A stretch of DNA of 64,000 bases, taken from a bacterium (GTDB lineage: Bacteria > Acidobacteriota > HRBIN11 > JAKEFK01). Location of the stretch: positions 8,560 to 72,559 of the forward strand of contig JAKEFK010000374.1 of the NCBI GenBank assembly GCA_022616075.1. The letters are read 5' to 3'. Below, one piece after another: positions 37,591 through 46,271 of this stretch. A program made the position numbers and the translations under genes. The stretch's first letter is position 1, and each line of letters begins with the position of its first letter. A model generated the notes under the pieces. That model was given only the letters and a program-made list of their open reading frames with translations, was not told the DNA's origin and did not search any database.

Positions 37591-39012
37591 TCAATCTTCC
37601 ACCACGTGGGATTCAAACATCTTGCGGTATTGTTCCCAGCGTTTGCGATCGAATTGTCCATCGTCTGAAAGACATTTTGACGCCGCGTAACCCATGAATA
37701 AAGCATGGTGTGTATTGTCATGCACAAAAAGTCCCTGACGGCCAAAGCTCACAAGACCTTCTACCTGATTGCACCACCGATCCAACCCTTCAAAATATTT
37801 TTCATAACCCTGGTAATAAACGGGATAAGCGTTGGGCAACCGGCGAACTAGAATCTTTCGGACGTTCGCCGTAATCGGAATTTCAGCGCGCCGCAACGAC
37901 TCCAGCGCAACCTGCCCGAGTTCCTCATCCGCTTGCTTCCAGATAGGGCCATTCACGTCACACGGAATCTCACCGCACAAAACGGTGATTCCCGCCGTTC
38001 CTGTTCCATTGGAAAAAATCTTGGGCTCGGAAAGACGCGAGATGGTAATCTCCGGTTCCGGAAAATAGTGAGCATCGTATTCTGTAAAGCGATCCTCATC
38101 CAAAACGAGATACACCAGAATCATTCCGCGGAAGCGAATTTTTGTCGCCGCATCCAACACGGATTGCGGTGGACCAGGCGAAGCGCTTCGGGCAAGCACA
38201 TTCACAGGAATTGTGGAGAAAACATTGCCGGCTTTCAGTTCATGTGAAGTGCCGTCTTTTTGATAGCGCACACCCGTCATTCTGTTCTCTGATAGCTCCA
38301 CCTGCTCGACACGCGCTTGAAAATGGATTTGGGCGCCTTCTTTTAGCGCAGCATCTTTGAACGCATCGGAGATTTGTCCGTAGCCCAGGCGCGGATAAAA
38401 AAAGTAACCATCTCCGGGTGAACGAAGTCCCGGCATGGTGGAAAGGATTTTCCACAAAATTTTCGTCAGAGAGCTTGCGGAGATTCTTCGATGAGCCTGA
38501 ACTGCAGCCAGTTCTTCCGGAGGCACACCCCACAATTTTCGCGCGTAGGGAAAATAAAAATCGCGACAGATCGTGCTTCCAAGGCCGGCTTCCAGAACAC
38601 TCGCAAAAGAGTCCTGCTTCCTTGTACTCTTCCGGAAAAATTTGCCGATCCGATCCGTAATCACTCCTGCAACGAAACTGGGAGGAAGACGAAGAGCCAG
38701 ATCGATCAAACGCAACGGGAAGTGGATCCACCGCCCTTGCATGCGAATCCGGCCGTGACGGGGCCGTTCGAGTAAATCGTTGCCCAACAGACTTCGTATG
38801 TCCTTCAGCACTTCCGGATCGCAGGCCGGATGCAGACGATGACTGCCAAAATCGACGCGGATGCCCTCAATCTCAAAGCTTCCTGCATTGCCTCCGGCGT
38901 GCGGGTTCTGTTCAAGGACAGTTACGTCGGTCACTCCCCTCCGAGCCAGATGAAACGCTGCGCCTAAACCTGCCGGTCCGGCCCCCAAAACTACCACATG
39001 AGGCCGTTTCAT
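37591..39012 (-). CDS. FAD-dependent oxidoreductase (amine-oxidase/UDP-galactopyranose-mutase-like fold)
   Basis: VVVLGAGPAGLGAAFHLARRG Rossmann dinucleotide motif. Paralog of 44216-46060. Confidence 0.7.
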   Translation of the reverse strand: MKRPHVVVLGAGPAGLGAAFHLARRGVTDVTVLEQNPHAGGNAGSFEIEGIRVDFGSHRLHPACDPEVLKDIRSLLGNDLLERPRHGRIRMQGRWIHFPLRLIDLALRLPPSFVAGVITDRIGKFFRKSTRKQDSFASVLEAGLGSTICRDFYFPYARKLWGVPPEELAAVQAHRRISASSLTKILWKILSTMPGLRSPGDGYFFYPRLGYGQISDAFKDAALKEGAQIHFQARVEQVELSENRMTGVRYQKDGTSHELKAGNVFSTIPVNVLARSASPGPPQSVLDAATKIRFRGMILVYLVLDEDRFTEYDAHYFPEPEITISRLSEPKIFSNGTGTAGITVLCGEIPCDVNGPIWKQADEELGQVALESLRRAEIPITANVRKILVRRLPNAYPVYYQGYEKYFEGLDRWCNQVEGLVSFGRQGLFVHDNTHHALFMGYAASKCLSDDGQFDRKRWEQYRKMFESHVVED

Positions 39013-39018
39013 CGAAGT

Positions 39019-39588
39019 CTAAATAAGAAAGGGGAGAAATCGTTTTGTTCGCACACAGTAATCATGGTATTCCGGGAATTTCGTTAAAAGCAATTTCTCT
39101 TCAGCAATTGCCTGGCGGACGATCACCACCGCGATCAATAGTCCCAGCAGAAACAACCAGGACTGCAACGCCAGCTGCAGGCCGATGACCAGCAGCAAAT
39201 CACCCGCATAAATCGGATGCCGTACGAAACGATAGATTCCATTTGTCACCAGCAAGTGTTTTTCCGCCAGCTGTAGATCCTCAACATTCCGCCAGTTCGG
39301 ACCCAAATGAATGCGCGCGCTAATCGACATACAGAGTCCCAGGACAAACAGAATCAAACCGAGATTCCGCACAAAAGAGGGAGGATCCTTGATCGGCAGC
39401 ACATCCAAAAACAGTGTTTGAACGAGAAAAAAAATCAGCAGCGCGATTTTTATCAACTTCAGCACAATTTGCAATGGGTTACGCGGTTTGAGTTGAACCT
39501 GCTGGGCTGAAGGATATTTTCTTTTCCAGATCTCCCAGATCAATTTGTGCAGCAACAGTCCGCCGAAAAGTAAAAGTCTTAGAGGCAT
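39019..39588 (-). CDS. Isoprenylcysteine carboxyl methyltransferase (ICMT)/phospholipid methyltransferase family membrane protein
   Basis: RHPIYAGDLLL motif. Four or five TM. Confidence 0.7.
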   Translation of the reverse strand: MPLRLLLFGGLLLHKLIWEIWKRKYPSAQQVQLKPRNPLQIVLKLIKIALLIFFLVQTLFLDVLPIKDPPSFVRNLGLILFVLGLCMSISARIHLGPNWRNVEDLQLAEKHLLVTNGIYRFVRHPIYAGDLLLVIGLQLALQSWLFLLGLLIAVVIVRQAIAEEKLLLTKFPEYHDYCVRTKRFLPFLI

Positions 39589-39608
39589 TGAAACGTTAGT
39601 ATAAGCAA

Positions 39609-39638
39609 TTTTGCCGGCTAGAAGCCGGCGTTACAAAC
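39609..39638. repeat. Family B short copy (GCCGGCTAGAAGCCGGCGTTACAAAC)
   Basis: Matches the right arm of the 8771 and 21708 elements. Confidence 0.5.
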
Positions 39639-40389
39639 CCCCTGTGATCATTCGCTTAAAACCGCGAAGCGTTTTGCGAAACCCTACAAATCGATCGAAG
39701 GAAGGAGTGCCGATTGTGGAGAAAAGATCGTTGTTGGCAAAATAGTACATGTCAATGCGCGGCAAAAAATGAACATCCGACTGAGGCGTTGCAAATTCCA
39801 TTTTTGTAGAACAGGCTGCATAGAAATGAGACTCCACAATGGCTCTTGCGGCAGCCGATTGTTTTCCATAAGGGTAAGCGAACGCAACCTCCTGTTGCCC
39901 TGTCCGGTCTTGCAGAGTCTTGCGCGCGCCGACTATTTCTTCCGATATCTTTGACCCCGGAAGCCGCGTAAGGTCTGGATGTGTTGCTGTATGCACTCCG
40001 AATTCGATTTGCTCTTCCTTCATCTGCGCAATCTGGTCCCATGTGAGCAGATCAAAGCTGGGAATGTTGTCCGGCTGGCCGTACCAGCGGTTATTTTTCC
40101 CGCAAAACGAAGTGACCAGAAAAACGGTGGCAGGATATCCATATTCCTTCAGCACAGGATGGGCGACATCATAGACACTCTGAAATCCATCATCGAACGT
40201 GATGGCTACGCTTTTTGAAGGTAGATCACGATTCTCGCGGATTCGCCCGGCAACATCGCGAAGTTTCATAACTTCAAAGGAAGCATCGGAAAGATTTTTC
40301 ATCTGGCGTCGGAATTTTTCAGGCGCCGTGGAAATCACCGAACCGCTGGAATCTAAGGAATGATAAGTGAGTATTGGAATGCAAATCAT
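39631..40389 (-). CDS. Polysaccharide deacetylase (CE4)
   Basis: VAITFDDGFQSVYDVAHPVLKEYGYPATVFL. Confidence 0.75.
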   Translation of the reverse strand: MICIPILTYHSLDSSGSVISTAPEKFRRQMKNLSDASFEVMKLRDVAGRIRENRDLPSKSVAITFDDGFQSVYDVAHPVLKEYGYPATVFLVTSFCGKNNRWYGQPDNIPSFDLLTWDQIAQMKEEQIEFGVHTATHPDLTRLPGSKISEEIVGARKTLQDRTGQQEVAFAYPYGKQSAAARAIVESHFYAACSTKMEFATPQSDVHFLPRIDMYYFANNDLFSTIGTPSFDRFVGFRKTLRGFKRMITGGL

Positions 40390-41363
40390 TTGTCGTCATA
40401 CGGTTCAGCGCGCATCCATTCGATGATGGTTTTCAGTATTTCATCCAGCGTCTTTACCGGTTTATAGCCGACCCGCTTCTGAATCTTATCCAGCGAAGGG
40501 ACTCTTCTTCTGAGATCATCAAATGCGTGACTGTATGCTTCTTCGTACGGAACATAACGAATTTCGGAGTTGCTGCCGGTCAATGCCTTGATCCGTATGG
40601 CCAGGTCCTCAATGGAAATTTCTTCGATCGAACCGATGTTGTAAACGTGACCGTACGAGCCGGCATCCTCGGTCAGAGCAATCATTCCATTCACAACGTC
40701 CTTTACGTGAGCAAAGCACCTTGTTTGTTTGCCATCGCCGTACACCTGAATCGGTTCGCCACGGAGCGCGGCCTTGACAAAACGTGGTATCACCATTCCA
40801 TATTGTCCGGTCTGTCGCTCTCCGACCGTGTTGAAGAAACGCAGAATCAATACAGGCAAACCAAACTGGCGGTGATAGGCAAGCCCCAGGAATTCATCAA
40901 TTGCTTTGGAACAGGCATAACTCCAGCGTGAAAAACTTGTGCTGCCAAGAACACAATCATCATTTTCACTGAACGGAACTTTTTCGCTCTTACCGTAAAC
41001 TTCTGAAGAGCTGGCAAGCAGCACGCGCTTTCGAAATTTTTTTGCAATTTCCAAAACGACTTCCGTGCCCTTGATGTTGGTTTCAATCGTTCGCACCGGC
41101 TGCTTCACGATCAGGCTGACGCCGACTGCGGCTGCGAGATGATAGACCATATCATTACGGTCGATCAGCATATGCATCAGCCCTTCATCCATCACGGAAC
41201 CATGAATGAAACGGAATTCCGCTTTGCCCTGGCAACCAGACATGTTCCGGATGTTGCCCGTGGAAAGATCATCGATCACATCAACGCTATGTCCCATCCC
41301 CATTAGCTTTTCAGCAAGGTGGCTTCCAATAAAACCGGCTCCGCCCGTGATCAACGCTTTCAT
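40386..41363 (-). CDS. NAD-dependent NDP-sugar epimerase/dehydratase (UDP-glucuronate decarboxylase-like SDR)
   Basis: MKALITGGAGFIGSHL. YxxxK region. Confidence 0.8.
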   Translation of the reverse strand: MKALITGGAGFIGSHLAEKLMGMGHSVDVIDDLSTGNIRNMSGCQGKAEFRFIHGSVMDEGLMHMLIDRNDMVYHLAAAVGVSLIVKQPVRTIETNIKGTEVVLEIAKKFRKRVLLASSSEVYGKSEKVPFSENDDCVLGSTSFSRWSYACSKAIDEFLGLAYHRQFGLPVLILRFFNTVGERQTGQYGMVIPRFVKAALRGEPIQVYGDGKQTRCFAHVKDVVNGMIALTEDAGSYGHVYNIGSIEEISIEDLAIRIKALTGSNSEIRYVPYEEAYSHAFDDLRRRVPSLDKIQKRVGYKPVKTLDEILKTIIEWMRAEPYDDK

Positions 41364-42580
41364 GACATTGCTCCCGCAAGACGTTTTTGCTGAACTCGCT
41401 CAATCAATCCCAGATATTGCTGTATGTGACTTTCCTCATTCCAGTATTGCAAGTATGCTCCGTGACCCTTTCGGCCAAGTTCTTCCCGCAGAGGATCATC
41501 TTCGGCCAATCGCCTGATCGCTGCCAGAAGTTCGTCTTGACTATTGTAAATGATCCCACCGCCGCTATCATCCACCACCTCAGGGAGAGCTCCCAAATTG
41601 TTCACGATCACCGGTGTTTCCTGTGAGAAAGCTTCAATGATGATAATTCCGAAAACTTCATAACAAATGGAAGGAACAATCACAGCTCTTGCGTGTTTGT
41701 AGTAATTGCGCAATTTTGAATGACCGAGTTTTCCCAGGAATTGTATGTTCTCCGATACGGCCGCCATCTGTTTTAGTTGATCCGTGTAAGTTCCCTCTCC
41801 AGCGATGAGGAGCTCAAATTCGGGATGATCCCGAAACAAAGGAATTATATTCTGAAGTCCTTTGATCTTCTCCAGTCTTCCCACAAAAAGGAAGTACGGA
41901 CCCGTATGCGGAAACGCAGATTCTTCATCTTCGCCACTTTTTGTTGCGAGGAAATAAGGAATGTGGACCATAGGAATATCCAATCCCATTTCGTGATGTT
42001 TCTTCAGAGTGAAACGACTGGGTGAGATAAACATGTCGACATGGTTCAACATCTTTCTCATCAGATCCGTGTAGCGCCACCATTGCGGAGGCCTTTTTCC
42101 GTAAATCTGACAGCCAATGCAACTGCGCGATGTACAAACTTCGCGATCATATTTCCAGAGCACATGCATGGGACAAACCAGCCAGTGTTCGTGTGTTGTG
42201 TAGAGTTTAACCGCATCACCATATTGAAGCGCTTTAAGTCCAATCAAAGACATATTGTGATAATGAATCACATCGTAACGGTTTTTCTCCAACACTTCCC
42301 GTATCTTTTTCTGTTTCAGGTAAGGAACGCTCGTCTGTTGAGTCAGAAGCGGAGACAAAAACCCTGCTTTGCTTTTCAGGATGTGAACCGTAACGTTATC
42401 GTGATTCGGGTAATCCCCTTTCAAGCCTTCTGTTTCCAACAGGTAAAAAGAATCGGCGTCATGAATGACATCGATGTTATGTCCACGCCGAGCGAGCTCC
42501 TGGACCAGCCTGTAAATGTAGATTGCATCCCCGCCAAAACTGTAGGGAGGGTAAAACGTGGTAACCATGCAAAACCGCAT
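41360..42580 (-). CDS. Glycosyltransferase family 4
   Basis: Begins MRFCMVTTFYPP (start trimmed from 42718 because the extension reads through the family-C palindrome). C-terminal GT-B EX7E region. Confidence 0.7.
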   Translation of the reverse strand: MRFCMVTTFYPPYSFGGDAIYIYRLVQELARRGHNIDVIHDADSFYLLETEGLKGDYPNHDNVTVHILKSKAGFLSPLLTQQTSVPYLKQKKIREVLEKNRYDVIHYHNMSLIGLKALQYGDAVKLYTTHEHWLVCPMHVLWKYDREVCTSRSCIGCQIYGKRPPQWWRYTDLMRKMLNHVDMFISPSRFTLKKHHEMGLDIPMVHIPYFLATKSGEDEESAFPHTGPYFLFVGRLEKIKGLQNIIPLFRDHPEFELLIAGEGTYTDQLKQMAAVSENIQFLGKLGHSKLRNYYKHARAVIVPSICYEVFGIIIIEAFSQETPVIVNNLGALPEVVDDSGGGIIYNSQDELLAAIRRLAEDDPLREELGRKGHGAYLQYWNEESHIQQYLGLIERVQQKRLAGAMS

Positions 42581-42590
42581 ATGATTGGAC

Positions 42591-42667
42591 CGCCAAGGCG
42601 CCAAGATCGCCAAGAATATCAAAGATATGATCTTTTTTAAAACTTGGCGTCTTGGCGTCTTGGCGGT
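42591..42667. repeat. CTTGG-pentamer palindrome family C (full hairpin)
   Basis: CCGCCAAGGCGCCAAGATCGCCAAG … CTTGGCGTCTTGGCGTCTTGGCGG. The right arm encodes the PPRRQDAKF tail of the GT4 at 42637-43836. Confidence 0.7.
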
Positions 42668-43836
42668 TCCATCATGCTTTCGAAAATCTGAAGAGTTTGA
42701 CGGGCAGTTTTCTCCCATTGAAAGTGTTTTACGCGTTCCAATCCTCTGGAACGCATTTGTTGTCTGAGCGAATCATCGGCAAGCACGCGTCGAATCGTCT
42801 CAAGCGCTTGATTGGAATCGTCAGGATCAAAAAATTCGCCTGCTTCACCAATGATTTCGGGGAGAGATCCTGCCTTGCTGGCAACGATCGGGGTTCCACA
42901 GGCCATTGCTTCCACAGCAGGAAGGCCGAATCCCTCTTGCAATGAAGGGAAGACAAACAACGTAGCTGAGTTATACAGATGAGCCAGATCACCATCATCA
43001 ATATAGCCGGTGAAAATGACTCCTTTCCGGATTTGCAGCTGCTCCACCAGGTTTTTAAGAGCCTCATAATCAGAATAGAAAGAGTCCTTTTCGAAATCCC
43101 CCGCAAACACCAGTTTGTAATCTGAAAAGGAAGCTGTTTGCGTCAATTCACCAAATGCTTTCGTGAGCATCTGAAGATTCTTGTGCGGACTGATTCCACC
43201 AACGTAGAGCAGGTAGCGGTTGCCGGATAATCCGAACCGGGACAGAACTTTTGACCGTTTTTCATCTTCCGGCATAACCCGAAAAGCTTCGCCTGCAGCT
43301 TCCGAAACAACGCTGATTCGTGATTCTGCAATGCCACGATGTTCCATGATTTGTTGCTTGGAATAATGAGAAACGGTGACGATCCGGTCTGACTGGCGTA
43401 ATGCGATTTTTTCTTTCAGGTTCCAAAAGAATTCCAATTTTTTGTTTGGAAACACTGAGTGCGCAAAACGCGCAGGGGTCATGTCATGAATTGTGACCAC
43501 AATTTTTGTCCTATTCCACACCGGGAAGTAAGAATAAATGGCAGGGAAAAAGAATAGATCGAGTGAATGTTTTGCGACAGCACGAGTCATTCTCAAGAGA
43601 TCAGAAATCGATCGCCGGCCGGAAGAAGAGGCGGCTTGAGTTGGAGCTGCCTGCGTGGAAACCGTCACAAGGTTGACGTTTTGGGGGAATTGATTTTCGA
43701 TCGCGGTCTGATGATCCACAAAAAACCAGTATTCGTTTCGATCATCGATTTCCGCCAGGGCGGTCAATAGCTCTCTTGTGAAACGTCCGAATCCGCGCCG
43801 GTTCGACCAGCAACATGCGTCCACGCCAATCCGCAT
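42637..43836 (-). CDS. Glycosyltransferase family 4
   Basis: Begins MRIGVDACCW (trimmed start). GT-B C-terminal domain. Confidence 0.7.
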   Translation of the reverse strand: MRIGVDACCWSNRRGFGRFTRELLTALAEIDDRNEYWFFVDHQTAIENQFPQNVNLVTVSTQAAPTQAASSSGRRSISDLLRMTRAVAKHSLDLFFFPAIYSYFPVWNRTKIVVTIHDMTPARFAHSVFPNKKLEFFWNLKEKIALRQSDRIVTVSHYSKQQIMEHRGIAESRISVVSEAAGEAFRVMPEDEKRSKVLSRFGLSGNRYLLYVGGISPHKNLQMLTKAFGELTQTASFSDYKLVFAGDFEKDSFYSDYEALKNLVEQLQIRKGVIFTGYIDDGDLAHLYNSATLFVFPSLQEGFGLPAVEAMACGTPIVASKAGSLPEIIGEAGEFFDPDDSNQALETIRRVLADDSLRQQMRSRGLERVKHFQWEKTARQTLQIFESMMEPPRRQDAKF

Positions 43837-43910
43837 TTTATTAAATTCGGAGCGCGGGCCTCCGTGCCCGCGGCTTGGCGGGCAGGGACGCCCGCCCTCC
43901 ATGGTGAAAC

Positions 43911-44219
43911 TCAGTTACGGAGTTCGACAATGCGGTTATAGATCCAGCCAATGGTGGTTCCAATCAAGCTGCCGACGGCAAAACCCCAGAAGAAACCGAT
44001 AATGCTACCCAGAAAAGAGACTCTATAACCTATGAAAAACTGGCTTAGCAATTGAAGATGCGGACCAACGACGTCGCCCCCTTTGAGGACAAGCCAGTTT
44101 GTAGCGATAAAAATAATGAGGCCAAAGACTATGCCTAGAATCAATCCAAAAATTTTGGCGTTCAGTATGACGATTGCGTGAACTAGTCTTTCTTCTTCAC
44201 GTGGCTCGGTCGGTGTCAT
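43911..44219 (-). CDS. Small membrane protein (2-3 TM), free-standing homolog of the C-terminal domain of 44216-46060
   Basis: FIATNWLVLKGG…GPHL…F.GY…WGF..G aligns with FIATIWVLIVGR…GPTL…FYGY…WGFFFG of the neighbour. Confidence 0.55.
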   Translation of the reverse strand: MTPTEPREEERLVHAIVILNAKIFGLILGIVFGLIIFIATNWLVLKGGDVVGPHLQLLSQFFIGYRVSFLGSIIGFFWGFAVGSLIGTTIGWIYNRIVELRN

Positions 44220-46060
44220 AGATAATCCAGAAGATTATTGAACGAAGATGCTTCGGCTTCCTTCTTCACATAGTACAAAAAGATACCAATCACCAGATTC
44301 CGCAAGTACGCAACTAACCACCCGAAGAAAAATCCCCAGAAGAAGCTGTAACCAAAACCCACGAAAGCTCCTTTCGTCGATAAAGTATACCCGTAAAAAT
44401 ACTCTTTCAGTAACCAGAGCGTGGGTCCTCCACTTACCCTTCCCACAATAAGGACCCAGATGGTTGCGATGAATACGCAGAGCCCGCAAACGGTTCCGAT
44501 AGCGGTCGCAAATGCGAGTTTATCCATTCTCGCAAGTGTTTTCATCACCGCGCGATCCAGAGCCGGCGTGAGACGTTCCGGAACCATCGGTTGTTTAGAC
44601 GCAAGCATTGCAAACTCATCTTCTGCCTGCGATCCTGTCACTTCTTCGTGGTAATCAGGATCCGCGTTGACGGCCCAGAGGTCGTAGGTTTCCCCTTCAA
44701 TGTTTCGAACCGCGAGCATCGCAGTCAGCATGGAGTGGTCTTGATTATTGTACTTGTGCATACCGTTACGCCCCACCAGCTGTAGATTATTCAACCTTTC
44801 CAGAAAATCCTGTATCAACTGCAGACTTTGCTTATAGGTGGAATCATAGACCGGATACGCTTTCTGCATCCTCACAACCGTACCGTCTTCCACGTCCCGT
44901 TGAGCGCAGAGCCCAAGAACTTCCAGCTCCTTCCGTGCAAGATCGATTAATTCCGCATCTGGTTTATTCCACAAACCGTCGCCCTCAAAGCAAAAATACT
45001 CAAGACCAAGACAGGTCTTCTCCGGATCCGGAACCATTTCGGGGCTCCAGTTCTTGAAGTTTTGAATCCGTCCGACCTTCACCTGTGGATCATGAATGTA
45101 AATCCAGTTGTCCGGAAACAGTTCCTTCTTGTTCACTATAAGAGCGACGGTAACAAAATCACGGTAATTCAATGCGGATGCCGCCTGCCGCACCTCTTCA
45201 GGCGCTTCGGGAGAGAGTTTGTGGATTAGCTCCCGTATCGGCATTGTGCTGATGAAATGTGTTCCGGAAATGATTTCCTGATTCCCATCGCTTCGCACTT
45301 CAACGGCCTGAATTCCATTTTCATCCCAAATCAGTTTCTCCACGTCCGAATTCAGCCTGATCGCGCCACCCTTTTGAGTTACGATACCGGCAACCCTTTG
45401 CCACATCATGCCAGGGCCGAATCTGGGATAGTGAAAAGCGTCAATAAGTGATTTGATTACGTCCCCTTTTTTCTGGTTTTGTTGCTTCAGGAGCGTGTTT
45501 TTCAAGACAGTTATCAAAGATAGTCCTTTGATTCTCTGAGCAGCCCATTCCGCGCGTATTTCGCTGCAAGGGATTCCCCAAACCTTTTCCGTATAAGTCT
45601 GGAAAAAAATTCGATAGAGTCTTTTCCCAAAACGATTGGATACCCATTGTTCGAAAGTATCATTCTTTGGATCAGGAAAAAGGCGAGCCCAGATGTAACT
45701 TGTGACAATCAAGAAACTATTGAAAAAACCGAGGCCTAGAAGCGCATTCCACGCACGAAGGGGGTAATAGAAAAATTTGTGATTGTAGTAGATCCGTGAG
45801 AGGCGTCCGCGATGGAGAAAATCGCTTTGGAGAACGTCATGCCACATTTTCTCCACAGCGCGAACTTTGGTGAAAAACCGGTGCCCGCCGATATCGAAAT
45901 GATAACCTTTATAGCTGACGGTGCGCGCCAAACCGCCAACGAGTGGATCCTTTTCCAAAACGATCGATTCGATCCCGCGATGGCAAAGCTCATATGCAGC
46001 GGTCAGCCCGGCTGGCCCCCCGCCGATAATGACAACCCTCTTGGTGGCAGCTTCATCCAT
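44216..46060 (-). CDS. FAD-dependent oxidoreductase fused to C-terminal 2-3-TM membrane domain
   Basis: VVIIGGGPAGLTAAYEL Rossmann motif. Paralog of 37591-39012. Confidence 0.7.
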   Translation of the reverse strand: MDEAATKRVVIIGGGPAGLTAAYELCHRGIESIVLEKDPLVGGLARTVSYKGYHFDIGGHRFFTKVRAVEKMWHDVLQSDFLHRGRLSRIYYNHKFFYYPLRAWNALLGLGFFNSFLIVTSYIWARLFPDPKNDTFEQWVSNRFGKRLYRIFFQTYTEKVWGIPCSEIRAEWAAQRIKGLSLITVLKNTLLKQQNQKKGDVIKSLIDAFHYPRFGPGMMWQRVAGIVTQKGGAIRLNSDVEKLIWDENGIQAVEVRSDGNQEIISGTHFISTMPIRELIHKLSPEAPEEVRQAASALNYRDFVTVALIVNKKELFPDNWIYIHDPQVKVGRIQNFKNWSPEMVPDPEKTCLGLEYFCFEGDGLWNKPDAELIDLARKELEVLGLCAQRDVEDGTVVRMQKAYPVYDSTYKQSLQLIQDFLERLNNLQLVGRNGMHKYNNQDHSMLTAMLAVRNIEGETYDLWAVNADPDYHEEVTGSQAEDEFAMLASKQPMVPERLTPALDRAVMKTLARMDKLAFATAIGTVCGLCVFIATIWVLIVGRVSGGPTLWLLKEYFYGYTLSTKGAFVGFGYSFFWGFFFGWLVAYLRNLVIGIFLYYVKKEAEASSFNNLLDYL

Positions 46061-46136
46061 TGAAATTTATTACTATACTGTAAATTTCAACAAAAGAATA
46101 AAAGGGAATAAAAGTGGTGTCATAATGCTGATTTGC

Positions 46137-46236
46137 CTTTTCTCGCCCCTTATTAAGGGAGGAGATCAAGAGGGGGTTTGTATAATTTGGTAGTTCCCAA
46201 CCTCCGTTTAATCCCCTCCTTCATAAGGAGGGGAAA
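46137..46236. repeat. Family E structured repeat copy 2
   Basis: CCCCTTATTAAGGGAGG … AGAGGGGGTTTG … CCCCTCCTTCATAAGGAGGGG. Confidence 0.6.
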
Positions 46237-46271
46237 TCCGAACACACAAACTAAGATTAGCGGGAATAAAA

